Below are positions 47,397 through 57,218 of a stretch of 64,000 nucleotides of DNA, one piece after another; the stretch's first letter is position 1, and the number at the start of each line of letters is the position of its first letter. The notes below the pieces were generated by a model. The model ran no database searches, was not told the origin of the DNA, and worked only from the letters and a program-made list of their open reading frames with translations. This stretch comes from Candidatus Gastranaerophilales bacterium (lineage in GTDB: Bacteria; Cyanobacteriota; Vampirovibrionia; Gastranaerophilales; Gastranaerophilaceae). Both the position numbers and the translations under genes were made by a program. Where the stretch lies: NCBI GenBank assembly GCA_944323625.1, contig CALUTD010000002.1:102168-166167 (forward strand). Direction: 5' to 3'.

Positions 47397-48067
47397 TAAA
47401 CAAGTCCTTCTTTTACAGCTTGAATAGTTGCCTGTGTTCTGTTTGAAACATAAAGTTTTTGTAAAATACTGTGTACATGAGCTTTTGCTGTTGCAAGAGT
47501 TATAAATAATTTATCTGCAATTTGTGCATTATTTAACCCTTCAACAATTAAAGCCAACACCTGAATTTCCCTGTCTGTAAGGCCATAGATATTTTTAGCC
47601 GTTTTGGCGCCATTGGGGTTAGACTCTACAACAGGCGAATTTTGTTTTCTGACATTTGATAAAACAAGCCTTGCAATGGCAGGGTCAAGCCAGGCTGTGC
47701 CTTCCGATACCGCTTTAATTGCACTTATAAGCTGATCTTCATTTGCACCTTTCATTATATAGCCGTCCGCACCTGCTGCTAATGAATCAAAAACATCATC
47801 ATCTGATTCTCGTGAAGTAAAAATCAGAATCTTTATATTAGGATTATTTTTCTTAATTATTTCTGTCGCTTGTATTCCGTCAAGTTCAGGCAGACCTATA
47901 TCCATAAGAACAACATCGGGATTAAGACTTAAAGCAAGTTCAACACCTTTTTTACCGTCTTCGGCTTCGGCGGTTAAATCAATGTCTTTGCAATTCTCAA
48001 ATACTAAAGACAGCCCCAATCTTACCATTTTATGATCTTCTACAAGTAAAACCTTTATGCCGTCCAT
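47396..48067 (-). CDS. NarL/LuxR-family response regulator
   Basis: REC domain (DVVLMDIGLPELDG) plus a C-terminal LuxR helix-turn-helix (LTDREIQVLALIVEGLNNAQIADKL). Confidence 0.88.
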   Translation of the reverse strand: MDGIKVLLVEDHKMVRLGLSLVFENCKDIDLTAEAEDGKKGVELALSLNPDVVLMDIGLPELDGIQATEIIKKNNPNIKILIFTSRESDDDVFDSLAAGADGYIMKGANEDQLISAIKAVSEGTAWLDPAIARLVLSNVRKQNSPVVESNPNGAKTAKNIYGLTDREIQVLALIVEGLNNAQIADKLFITLATAKAHVHSILQKLYVSNRTQATIQAVKEGLV

Positions 48068-49611
48068 ATTTCATCCTTTTCTTCCGTTAAAACCGAATCG
48101 GGAAGAAGAAAGAAAAACTCGCTTCCCTTCCCTTTATCACTTTCAAGCCATATTTTCCCGCCATGAGCATCTATTATTTGTTTTGATAAATAAAGCCCAA
48201 GCCCGGTACCAATTGAGCGTTTTTCTTGTGTCCCTTGCGAAAAACGTTTAAATAGTTTCGGAATATCTTTCTTATAGAGCCCTTCCCCGTTATCTTTTAC
48301 TGAAAATCTTAAATCATTATTATCTATTTCTGCTTTTATTTCTATTAAACCTTTTTCTTGCGTATATTTTATGGCATTACCCAAAAGATTTATTATAACG
48401 CGCCTTAGTTCATTGCGATCAGCTATTATTTTTTTTGTTTCTGTATTTATAAAATGTTTTTCAATTGTCTGATTTTTTGCTTGTGCAAGCGGAAATACTT
48501 GGGCAATACATTCATTAACGAGTGAATCAATCTCAAACGGTGTTTTTACTAATTTTAAACGTCCCGATTCGTACTTGTATACTTCTAAAAGCGTATTTAC
48601 AAGCCCTAACATATCTTCGCTGCTTTTCTTCATTGTTTGAAGAAGTAAAGTTTGTTTATCCGTTAATGTGCCGAGTTTTCCGTTAAGAAAATATTCTAAA
48701 GTCTGTATTGTAGCAACAGAAGGAGTTCTTAAATCATGAGTTAGGGTTGCAATAAAATCTTCCCTTAAACGCTCCATTTCCTTTTGAAGATGTACATTTC
48801 TTATAACAAAAACATATTTACCTTTATCTTGAGATGATTTAGGAGGAATAAAAGCACTGCTTATTTCAACAGGAATAATATTGCCATTTACAGCATTCTC
48901 AACTTCTATCTCTCTTAATAATTTGTTCTCATCCGAAGAAAATACTTTATTAAAATTAACTTCTTTTGTAATAAATAAATCATAAACCGTTTTTGTTGTT
49001 AATAGATTGTGTGCGGCACCAAATAAAGACTCACAAGCAGGATTTACGTCCAAAATATTTCCATTGTAAGATACCAGCATAATACCATCAGCACAATTAT
49101 TTATAACAGCACTCAAATGCTCATTCATCTCTGCAATATCCGAAGTCTTTTCCCTTACTAATTCCTCCAAATGAACAGAATATTTTTTTAATTCTTTATT
49201 TGATTCCTCCAGTTTTTCTATTAAATTTGCCCGCTCACACGCATTTTTTATATTTATTATAAGTTCATCGTTATCCCACGGTTTTTCTATATATTTATAA
49301 AGCCCGACCTCATTTATAGCTTTTATTGCATTTTCTTTATCCGCATATCCCGTAAGAAGAATCATGCTTGCAAAAGGATACAGTTTCTTCGCTTCAGACA
49401 AAAATTCAATACCATTCATAGATGGCATCATAAAATCAGATATAATAACGTCGCGGGGATTATTTTTTAAATATTCCAAAGCTAATACAGGCTCATTAAA
49501 AAATACGGCATCATGAAAGTCCTCTATCACTAAAAGCGATTTTAATGACGAAGTAACAAGTTTATCATCATCAAGAATTAATATCTTATACGAAAGCTGC
49601 ATCTTAACCAC
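48055..49611 (-). CDS. Hybrid sensor histidine kinase (N-terminal REC, PAS, HisKA, HATPase)
   Basis: REC (VIISDFMMPSMNG), PAS, H-box FIATLTHDLRTPS, N-box LLGNAIKYT and G-boxes DNGEGL and GTGLGL. No transmembrane segment. Confidence 0.85.
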   Translation of the reverse strand: MVKMQLSYKILILDDDKLVTSSLKSLLVIEDFHDAVFFNEPVLALEYLKNNPRDVIISDFMMPSMNGIEFLSEAKKLYPFASMILLTGYADKENAIKAINEVGLYKYIEKPWDNDELIINIKNACERANLIEKLEESNKELKKYSVHLEELVREKTSDIAEMNEHLSAVINNCADGIMLVSYNGNILDVNPACESLFGAAHNLLTTKTVYDLFITKEVNFNKVFSSDENKLLREIEVENAVNGNIIPVEISSAFIPPKSSQDKGKYVFVIRNVHLQKEMERLREDFIATLTHDLRTPSVATIQTLEYFLNGKLGTLTDKQTLLLQTMKKSSEDMLGLVNTLLEVYKYESGRLKLVKTPFEIDSLVNECIAQVFPLAQAKNQTIEKHFINTETKKIIADRNELRRVIINLLGNAIKYTQEKGLIEIKAEIDNNDLRFSVKDNGEGLYKKDIPKLFKRFSQGTQEKRSIGTGLGLYLSKQIIDAHGGKIWLESDKGKGSEFFFLLPDSVLTEEKDEIWTA

Positions 49612-49697
49612 AATCTCCCTAATAAAATAATAATTTAATTTTGTAAAATAAACAAATATTTTACAAATATTAAACAGTCTAGACTCAATTAAAGTCT

Positions 49698-51650
49698 TTA
49701 TATGGTTACACTTTCTTCAATTTCTTTTGCTTTTTCTTGCAAATCACTTATTGTTGACTCAATAAGGTAAATTTCTGTTTGAAGTTGATTTATTTGTTGC
49801 GGAATCTTAACATAATTTTGTTTTTCATTTAATCGTCTTATATCTTCAGAATATTGCCGACTTTTTTGTAATGCCTCATCTTTGCTCATTTTTGTTGTAA
49901 TTTGTGTTAAATTCCGTATTTGTTCTTTTAGAACTTGTATTTGATTTTTTATATTTCCTTTATTTTTATTACTTCTTTCTGCAAGCTTTTTATATTCTTT
50001 TTTCTTTTCATTCATCAAAAAATCTTTTACAATTTTTGTTTGTTTTAAATTCTGCAATTCAGTTTGAAGAACATCTTGCGCCGCAGAATGAATACAAACT
50101 TTAATACTGCCTCCATTTGGATGTGCAACTATATATTCCAGTGCTTCTTTTATTGTTTGATATTGGCTTAACATATTTTGTTCATTTTCATTATAAGCAC
50201 TCACATCAAAACCTTCAGATGGAAGCTGTCCAATAAATGTTTCTAATCTTGTACTTTCAATATCTTCTTCATCATATTTTGCTTGCAATGATTCTAATTC
50301 TGAATGTTTTTCATCCAAACTTTTATAAGCATTATAAACTCTCTCAGCTTGTGATTTTTGAAATTCAATCATTTCTATAGTAGGAAAGTCTATGTTCAAG
50401 TTTTCTAACTCAACTTCAAAATTAAACTTCATTTCTTCATTGTTTGATATTTGTTCTGAACATCTTTGTAACTCTGCTTTTAGCTCCCTATTCTTCTGTT
50501 CAATTTTCTGTTTTTCGTCTTGATTTATTTGAGAAGTTTTTTGTTTGGTTTTGCTTTTCTTTGAACCTTTTTTATTATTAATATCATTATTTTTATTTAT
50601 TGCCTGACTTAAATTAGATTTTCGTTCTTTTAGTGAGTTAATAGCAGTCTGTTCCGCTTGAATATTATTTAATAACTCCTGCCTTTTTACGATTGCCATA
50701 TATTCAGGGTCTTTTTTTAATTTTTCATGTTTTGTTTTTAATTCGGTAATTTCATGCTCTTTTGCTTTTATATCCTCTTTGCATGACTCAACCGTAGTAT
50801 TAATAGTAGATTTACATCCTTTAATTCTGAAATCAACGGAATCTAAATTTCTTAAAACCTCATCTCTTTGAGCAAATAATCGTTTTAAATGACTTAATAA
50901 TGTTGCAGCAGATAAACGTTTTAATATACTTTCTTGAGAAAAATCTAAAATATTAGACATCGCAAATTTGAACTTTTCTACAGGCATATTATTTTTTATT
51001 GTCGGAAACATTGCATAAAATTCATCAAATGCTACGCCTTTTTTTAAGTCATGATTACAGCAGTAACAAGCTTCAACAAGATTAATATCTGAATTTAAAT
51101 TATCTTTTTGCTCATTTTGGGGAGAAATATGGTCAACAGTTGCTAACAAAGGATGCATGTTCTTCTTAAGCATGACAAGCGCTTTATCTTTATCAATTTC
51201 ATCAACTTGGTGAAATATTGCTTCACCTTTTAAATACGATTTATTAGAAGCATTTTCAAGAAATCGGCTAAAAAACTTTATTTCATCTTCGTTTTCTAAT
51301 CTCTTAGCTAATGATAATTCTTGAGAATTTTTAGCCTCTGTTAATTTTTCAAGAACACTTTTTATTTTTCCTTCGAGTCTGCCTGCCTTTGTTGTTAACA
51401 TTTCTTTTGCAAGACTGTCAATTTGATTTTCACTATATACTTTACACCCACAATACGCACAATGCCCCGTAGGATTCAATATGTCATCTTTGTCATAGTT
51501 CTTTGCTTTAAAACTGACTGTATCAGACCTTAATTGATTAACCGGCGAAATGACATTATAGCTATTTCGCAGGGGGGAGGGTAGTTTTTCATTTGATTTT
51601 GAAAATGGGTTAGTAAATTTATATGCATAGTTTATATTTTGAATTTTCAC
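49698..51650 (-). CDS. HNH-motif protein fused to a ~450-aa coiled coil
   Basis: CAYCGC (residues 64-69), then VDHISPQNE (172-180), N190 and CYCCNHDLKKG (195-205). The remainder is K/E/Q-rich heptad sequence. Confidence 0.6.
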   Translation of the reverse strand: MKIQNINYAYKFTNPFSKSNEKLPSPLRNSYNVISPVNQLRSDTVSFKAKNYDKDDILNPTGHCAYCGCKVYSENQIDSLAKEMLTTKAGRLEGKIKSVLEKLTEAKNSQELSLAKRLENEDEIKFFSRFLENASNKSYLKGEAIFHQVDEIDKDKALVMLKKNMHPLLATVDHISPQNEQKDNLNSDINLVEACYCCNHDLKKGVAFDEFYAMFPTIKNNMPVEKFKFAMSNILDFSQESILKRLSAATLLSHLKRLFAQRDEVLRNLDSVDFRIKGCKSTINTTVESCKEDIKAKEHEITELKTKHEKLKKDPEYMAIVKRQELLNNIQAEQTAINSLKERKSNLSQAINKNNDINNKKGSKKSKTKQKTSQINQDEKQKIEQKNRELKAELQRCSEQISNNEEMKFNFEVELENLNIDFPTIEMIEFQKSQAERVYNAYKSLDEKHSELESLQAKYDEEDIESTRLETFIGQLPSEGFDVSAYNENEQNMLSQYQTIKEALEYIVAHPNGGSIKVCIHSAAQDVLQTELQNLKQTKIVKDFLMNEKKKEYKKLAERSNKNKGNIKNQIQVLKEQIRNLTQITTKMSKDEALQKSRQYSEDIRRLNEKQNYVKIPQQINQLQTEIYLIESTISDLQEKAKEIEESVTI

Positions 51651-51727
51651 AACTTAATCTCTTAAATCTATATAAGTTCGAAAAACTAAATATAATATTT
51701 TTTGTTATAATATTAAAAATATGTTAC

Positions 51728-51756
51728 AAAAAAAGAGCTCTGAATAATCAGAGCCC
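51728..51756 (-). terminator. Rho-independent terminator after tuf
   Basis: Minus strand gggctctga-ttat-tcagagctc followed by a run of 7 T. Confidence 0.85.
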
Positions 51757-51777
51757 TTTTCGTATTAAATAAAATTA

Positions 51778-52986
51778 TTATTCAGTAATTTTATCTACAA
51801 CGCCTGCGCCAACTGTACGTCCGCCTTCTCTGATAGCGAATCTCATACCTTGTTCAATAGCAACAGGAGAGATTAACTCAACGTCCATAACAACGTTATC
51901 ACCAGGCATAACCATTTCACCGTCAAATTTAATTGAACCGGTAACGTCAGTTGTTCTGATGTAGAACTGAGGTCTGTAACCCGGGAAGAAAGGAGTGTGA
52001 CGTCCGCCTTCATCTTTAGTTAAAACGTAAACGTTTGCAGTAAACTTAGTGTGTGGTTTTATTGAACCGGGAGCTGCTAAAACTTGTCCTCTTTGAACTT
52101 CAGTTTTATCAACACCTCTTAATAAAGCACCGATATTGTCACCTGCAATACCTTCATCAAGAAGTTTTCTGAACATTTCAACACCTGTTACGGTAGTTTT
52201 CTTGGTTTCGCCGAAACCAACGATTTCAACTTCCTGACCTACTTTAACTTTACCACGTTCAACTCTACCTGTAGCAACTGTACCACGACCTGTGATAGAG
52301 AAAACGTCTTCAACCGGCATTAAGAACGGTTGATCAACATCACGTTCGGGAGTAGGAATCCAAGTATCAACTGCATCCATAAGTTCCCAAATTTTATCTA
52401 CCCATTTATCTTGACCGCGGGCAATTGTAGGATTAGCTTGAACAGCTTCCAATGCTTTTAATGCAGAACCTTTGATGAATGGAGTATTGTCACCGTCAAA
52501 TTCATATTTTGACAATAATTCTCTTGATTCCATTTCAACAAGTTCAAGTAATTCTTCATCTTCAACCATATCGCATTTGTTGAGGAATACAACCAATTTA
52601 GGAACACCAACCTGTCTTGCAAGTAAGATGTGTTCTCTTGTTTGAGGCATTGCACCGTCTGTAGCTGCAATAACGAGGATTGCACCGTCCATTTGAGCAG
52701 CACCTGTAATCATGTTTTTTACATAGTCTGCGTGCCCGGGGCAGTCAACGTGTGCATAGTGTCTTGCATCTGTTTCGTATTCTACGTGTGCTGTAGAAAT
52801 AGTAATACCTCTTGCTTTTTCTTCGGGAGCTGCGTCGATTTCGTCAAACTTTTTAGCTTGAGCTTTACCAACAGCTGCCATACAAGATGTAATTGCTGCA
52901 GTTAACGTTGTTTTACCGTGGTCTACGTGTCCGACGGTACCAATGTTAACGTGCGGTTTGGTTCTTTCAAACTTTTCGCGTGCCAT
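51778..52986 (-). CDS. tuf: Elongation factor Tu
   Basis: [18 protein letters not shown] and NKCD motifs; 402 aa. Confidence 0.98.
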   Translation of the reverse strand: MAREKFERTKPHVNIGTVGHVDHGKTTLTAAITSCMAAVGKAQAKKFDEIDAAPEEKARGITISTAHVEYETDARHYAHVDCPGHADYVKNMITGAAQMDGAILVIAATDGAMPQTREHILLARQVGVPKLVVFLNKCDMVEDEELLELVEMESRELLSKYEFDGDNTPFIKGSALKALEAVQANPTIARGQDKWVDKIWELMDAVDTWIPTPERDVDQPFLMPVEDVFSITGRGTVATGRVERGKVKVGQEVEIVGFGETKKTTVTGVEMFRKLLDEGIAGDNIGALLRGVDKTEVQRGQVLAAPGSIKPHTKFTANVYVLTKDEGGRHTPFFPGYRPQFYIRTTDVTGSIKFDGEMVMPGDNVVMDVELISPVAIEQGMRFAIREGGRTVGAGVVDKITE

Positions 52987-53051
52987 GAGTTTAAACTCCT
53001 TTTTCTTAGATATTTTCTACTGTATTGTACTTTCAATTGTTATTATTAAAC

Positions 53052-53123
53052 AGCCCTTGACGGGACTTGAACCCGTGACCTTTCCCTTACCAAGGGAATG
53101 CGCTACCACTGCGCCACAAGGGC
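53052..53123 (-). tRNA. tRNA-Thr (anticodon GGU)
   Basis: Hand-folded cloverleaf: acceptor GCCCTTG/CAAGGGC, anticodon loop TTGGTAA, T-arm ACGGG-TTCAAGT-CCCGT. Confidence 0.9.
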
Positions 53124-53229
53124 AAACTTAAATTTAATTTAACGCACATTCCTTACGGGAATGTTGCCTCTCGGCAGAGTCACTGTGCCGCAAGACAAAT
53201 GACTTTGCACCGTATGGGCTCATAAAAAA

Positions 53230-53312
53230 TGGGCAGAGGTGGATTCGAACCACCGTAGACTCGCGTCAACAGATTTACAGTCTGTCGCCTTTAGCCACTC
53301 GGCCATCTACCC
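53230..53312 (-). tRNA. tRNA-Tyr (anticodon GUA), long variable arm
   Basis: Anticodon stem ACAGA/TCTGT with loop CTGTAAA, T-arm GGTGG-TTCGAAT-CCACC; 83 nt. Confidence 0.9.
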
Positions 53313-53348
53313 ACGTTATATTCAATTTCTAATGTACAACCTATAAAC

Positions 53349-53420
53349 AGCCGGTGATAGGAATCGAACCTACAACCTACGGTTTACAAAACCGTTGCTC
53401 TACCGTTGAGCTACACCGGC
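53349..53420 (-). tRNA. tRNA-Thr (anticodon UGU)
   Basis: Acceptor GCCGGTG/CACCGGC, anticodon loop TTTGTAA, T-arm GTAGG-TTCGATT-CCTAT. Confidence 0.9.
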
Positions 53421-53584
53421 ATAATTTAATGCTTCTTGTATAATATAAAGGACATAAAAGATTGTCAAGAAAAATTATTTTATTTGATAATATATACTTA
53501 AATTCAAATACTTTACCGATTTACATCAATGCTATATTATTTTATTTATAATTGATATATAATAAATTTCAGGAGAATATAAAA

Positions 53585-53917
53585 ATGGCAGAAGTTAAAG
53601 AAATTACCGATGAATTGTTTGAGTCAGAAGTCTTAAATGAAGAAAAACTTACTCTTGTTGATTTTTGGGCAACATGGTGCGGACCATGCCGCAAGCTTGC
53701 TCCTGTTATTGATGAGCTTGCAATTGAATATAAAGATAAAGTTAAATTTGTTAAAATTAAAGCCGATGAAAATATTCAAACAGCTCAAAAATATTCTGTA
53801 AGCGGGATACCTTGTATTTTATTTTTTAAAAATGGCGAGCCTGTTGAAAGAATTGTAAATTTAGTGCCGAAATCAATCATTGCTTCCGGAATAAACAAAT
53901 ATTTAAATACCGATTAG
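53585..53917 (+). CDS. trxA: Thioredoxin
   Basis: WATWCGPCRKLAP. The start is ATG 53585, after AGGAG. Confidence 0.92.
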   Translation: MAEVKEITDELFESEVLNEEKLTLVDFWATWCGPCRKLAPVIDELAIEYKDKVKFVKIKADENIQTAQKYSVSGIPCILFFKNGEPVERIVNLVPKSIIASGINKYLNTD

Positions 53918-53929
53918 AAGAGGTTTTTT

Positions 53930-54388
53930 ATGGGATTTAACGATTATAATAATGATTTTTTAAGCTATCAGGGCACAATAAGCAGAAAAAACTATGCAAT
54001 TAATATGCTTATTCTTGCTGCTTTATATATTGTTATTTCTCTAGTAAGATTTGATGTTTTACTCCAATTTATAACTTTTAAATTTTTGTTTTCGATTTTG
54101 ATGTTTATGGTTGGTTTAGTTAAATTTGTGATACTTATGTCGGCGCTTTCAGTTGTATACAGACGGTTTGCTGATATTTCAAAATTTAAAACGTATAATT
54201 TTAATATAAATATGAAGCGGCTTTTTGTTTTTCTTTTTGTTTTGCCTGTTTTGTATCTTTTTTGTATCAGATATTTTTTGGATTTTATGCCTTTTTTAAT
54301 TAATATACTTGATTTAGTAACTTTTTTTGTATTGATGCCGTTAGGACTTATAACTGCATTAGTGCTATGCTTTATTAAAGGAAATTAA
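53930..54388 (+). CDS. DUF805-like small polytopic membrane protein
   Basis: YQGTISRKNYAINMLIL N-terminal motif and 4 helices. Confidence 0.55.
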   Translation: MGFNDYNNDFLSYQGTISRKNYAINMLILAALYIVISLVRFDVLLQFITFKFLFSILMFMVGLVKFVILMSALSVVYRRFADISKFKTYNFNINMKRLFVFLFVLPVLYLFCIRYFLDFMPFLINILDLVTFFVLMPLGLITALVLCFIKGN

Positions 54389-54460
54389 TTTATTTGTATT
54401 ATTGATAATTATTATCTGTTCACTTATAATAAACTACTATGAATGGGAAGGAGTAAATTT

Positions 54461-54931
54461 ATGAGCGATGACAGACTTTTTGCATCAAATAATCCTATAG
54501 GAAGAAAATGGTATTTTATAAATATATTATTAATTGCAATAATAACAGCAGCAATATATTTTGGAATGACAAAAGGGGTTATTCCCAATGTTACAAACAA
54601 TGACTATATAGTCATAGGCAACTGGATACTAAATATAGCAATGTTTATATGTGCAATAACATTCTTTTCTTTAATAGACAGGAGGCTGTATGATGTATCG
54701 GGCTCAAGAGATAAAGGTATATATAAATCATTAGCCCCTGTTTTAACATTTATTGTTTTATTTGTTGTGATTGTTGTTGTGTTTAATGTTTATCCTACAA
54801 TAGAAATGGGCGGAAGAAATTTATCTCTGCCTCTTGAAATATTTAATCCGATAGCAATTCTTTTAAGCTTTGTTTTTGCAATAATAGTTTTTGTTATTGG
54901 ACTCAAAAAAGGTAAAAAAACAAAACAGTAA
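54461..54931 (+). CDS. DUF805-like small polytopic membrane protein (paralog)
   Basis: NPIGRKWYFINILLIAI motif. ATG 54461 follows GGAAGGAG. Confidence 0.55.
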   Translation: MSDDRLFASNNPIGRKWYFINILLIAIITAAIYFGMTKGVIPNVTNNDYIVIGNWILNIAMFICAITFFSLIDRRLYDVSGSRDKGIYKSLAPVLTFIVLFVVIVVVFNVYPTIEMGGRNLSLPLEIFNPIAILLSFVFAIIVFVIGLKKGKKTKQ

Positions 54932-54936
54932 TACAA

Positions 54937-55869
54937 ATGAAAGAAATAAGAAATATTTTAATATGCGGTCTTGGAGCAATAGGATGTGTTTGCGCCTGCC
55001 ATATTTACGAGAAGAAAGAATATAATTTAAAAATACTGGTTGATGAATCAAGACTGAAAAGATATATTGAAAATCCGACTATTTTTAATTCTAAAGAATA
55101 CAGATTTGATTATGTTTTGCCGTCAGAAACTGGTTTTAAGGCTGATTTAATAATTATTGCAACAAAAAATTATGCTTTTGACTTTGTTGTGGATAGTATT
55201 AAAAACTTTGTTACAAAAGAAACAATATTTATGTCGCTTTTAAACGGAGTTCAAAGTGAACAGAAACTTGCCTCAGTATATGGTTCTGACAACTTGTTGA
55301 TATCTTTTTATATAGGGGCCTCCTGTGTGAGAGAAGGCAGAAACATAAAACAGGATAAAGGTGAATATTGCATAGAAACAGGTCCTTATGATAATTCAAA
55401 ACCGCAAGCAGCCGAAGCTGTTTCACATTTTTTTGATAATGCGGGTATAAAATATATTTGTTCATTAAATATAAAAGAAGAATACTGGAAAAAATTTATA
55501 ATTAATACCGGAATTAACCAGCTTTCCGCAGTTTCCGGTAAAACTCTTAAAGAAATAAAACAGAATCCCGAACTTGTTAAAAGACTTAAAGCTCTTATGT
55601 ATGAAGCGGCACTTACAGCAAAAGTTTCAGGAATAACTCATTATAAAGAAATTTATGATTCTGCCGTTAAATTTTTGATGGAAGAAATCGAAGATGCAAC
55701 CCCTTCTATGCTTCAGGATATAAAAAGCGAAAGAAAAACAGAAGTTGATATTTTTTCGGGATATATTATTCAAATTTGCTCAAAAAACAACATAAAAACC
55801 CCTGAAAATGAAAAAATACATAACGAAATTAAACAAATTGAATTAAAATTTGACAAAAATATGGTATAA
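54937..55869 (+). CDS. Ketopantoate reductase (PanE/ApbA) family oxidoreductase
   Basis: N-terminal ILICGLGAIGC Rossmann motif; 310 aa, a family-typical length. Confidence 0.6.
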   Translation: MKEIRNILICGLGAIGCVCACHIYEKKEYNLKILVDESRLKRYIENPTIFNSKEYRFDYVLPSETGFKADLIIIATKNYAFDFVVDSIKNFVTKETIFMSLLNGVQSEQKLASVYGSDNLLISFYIGASCVREGRNIKQDKGEYCIETGPYDNSKPQAAEAVSHFFDNAGIKYICSLNIKEEYWKKFIINTGINQLSAVSGKTLKEIKQNPELVKRLKALMYEAALTAKVSGITHYKEIYDSAVKFLMEEIEDATPSMLQDIKSERKTEVDIFSGYIIQICSKNNIKTPENEKIHNEIKQIELKFDKNMV

Positions 55870-55899
55870 TTTAACCAATTGATAAAAAAAGGGAAAATT

Positions 55900-57210
55900 A
55901 TGCCGAAAAAATACATTTATTTTGTCGATGTAACAAACAGAGACGGTGTTCAAACTTCAAGATTAGGTTTAGCTAAATTACAAAAAACAATCATTAATCT
56001 TATGCTTGATGATATAGGTATTACTCAGTCAGAGTTTGGCTTTCCGACAACAAGACATGAAATCAATTATTTAAATGGGAATTTAGAACTTGTTGACAGA
56101 GGTGTTATTACAAAAACAAAACTTTCAGGATGGATGAGAGGAATTTCTGAAGATGTACTTTTATCTTTCCAAAATGTACCGAGATTAAAATATATTAATC
56201 TTTCCGTATCAACATCAGACCAAATGATAAAAGGGAAATTTGGCGGAAAGAAAACACGTGAAGATATTATAAAGTCAACAGTAAAAGCACTTGATACAGC
56301 AATTGCCTGCGGAGCTCAAGATATTGGCGTTAATGCCGAAGATGCTTCAAGAACGGATATTAATTATTTAATTGATTTTGCACTGGAAGCAAAAAAACAT
56401 GGAGCAAAAAAGTTCAGATACTGTGATACATTAGGTTATGACGATCCTATAAGTGCGTATGAGCGCATTTCACAAATTGCAAAAGCAATACAAATGGATA
56501 TTGAGCTTCATTTCCATAATGATCTCGGCATGGCGGCAGGGAATTCCGTTATGGGGGCAAAAGCCGCAATAGATGCCGGCGTTAATGCTTATATTAACAC
56601 AGCAATAAACGGAATGGGAGAGAGAGCCGGAAATGCAGATTTAATTTCATGCCTATTGGGAGTTTTAAAATCAAGCGGAATGCATGGCAGGTATGAAATT
56701 GACCCGAATATAGATCTTTCGAAAACTTGGAAACTTGCAAAATATACTTCATACGCATTTAATGTACCTATCCCGATAAACCAGCCGGCGACAGGTGATA
56801 ACGCATTTGCACATGAATCAGGTATACACGCGGATGGAGCACTAAAAGACAGATTAAATTACGAATTATACGATTTTGAAGAACTTGGAAGAGGTGAACC
56901 CGAAATAGTTGAAACCGGAAGAATGATTACAACAGGTGAATATGGCGGTATTAAGGGCTTCAGAAATGTATATGAAAAAATGGAAATAGAATTTAAAGAT
57001 GAAGATGAGGCACGAAATATTCTCGAACTTGCCCGTTATGCAAATGTTCATACTCAAAAGCCTTTAACACAAAGTGAACTTAAATTTATATATTATTATC
57101 CGGATATAGCGGCAAAAATTATGACTGTTACACCTTTTTATATGCCGACAGGCAGTTTAAAACAAAGGGTTGATAATCACTTTATAACTAAACCGCATTT
57201 ATTTGTATAG
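55900..57210 (+). CDS. HMGL-like 2-oxoacid:acetyl-CoA condensing enzyme (homocitrate / Re-citrate / isopropylmalate synthase family)
   Basis: DVTNRDGVQT (variant of the RDGEQ motif), HFHNDLGMAAGNS and HESGIHADG. Confidence 0.7.
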   Translation: MPKKYIYFVDVTNRDGVQTSRLGLAKLQKTIINLMLDDIGITQSEFGFPTTRHEINYLNGNLELVDRGVITKTKLSGWMRGISEDVLLSFQNVPRLKYINLSVSTSDQMIKGKFGGKKTREDIIKSTVKALDTAIACGAQDIGVNAEDASRTDINYLIDFALEAKKHGAKKFRYCDTLGYDDPISAYERISQIAKAIQMDIELHFHNDLGMAAGNSVMGAKAAIDAGVNAYINTAINGMGERAGNADLISCLLGVLKSSGMHGRYEIDPNIDLSKTWKLAKYTSYAFNVPIPINQPATGDNAFAHESGIHADGALKDRLNYELYDFEELGRGEPEIVETGRMITTGEYGGIKGFRNVYEKMEIEFKDEDEARNILELARYANVHTQKPLTQSELKFIYYYPDIAAKIMTVTPFYMPTGSLKQRVDNHFITKPHLFV

Positions 57211-57218
57211 GAGAGATT

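Noticed and set aside
53124-53229. A tRNA-Gly gene in the spacer of the tRNA-tuf operon
   Set aside because: The spacer has no acceptor-stem complementarity, no TTCGA-type T-loop, and no 7-nt anticodon loop with U33. Only generic hairpins are present.
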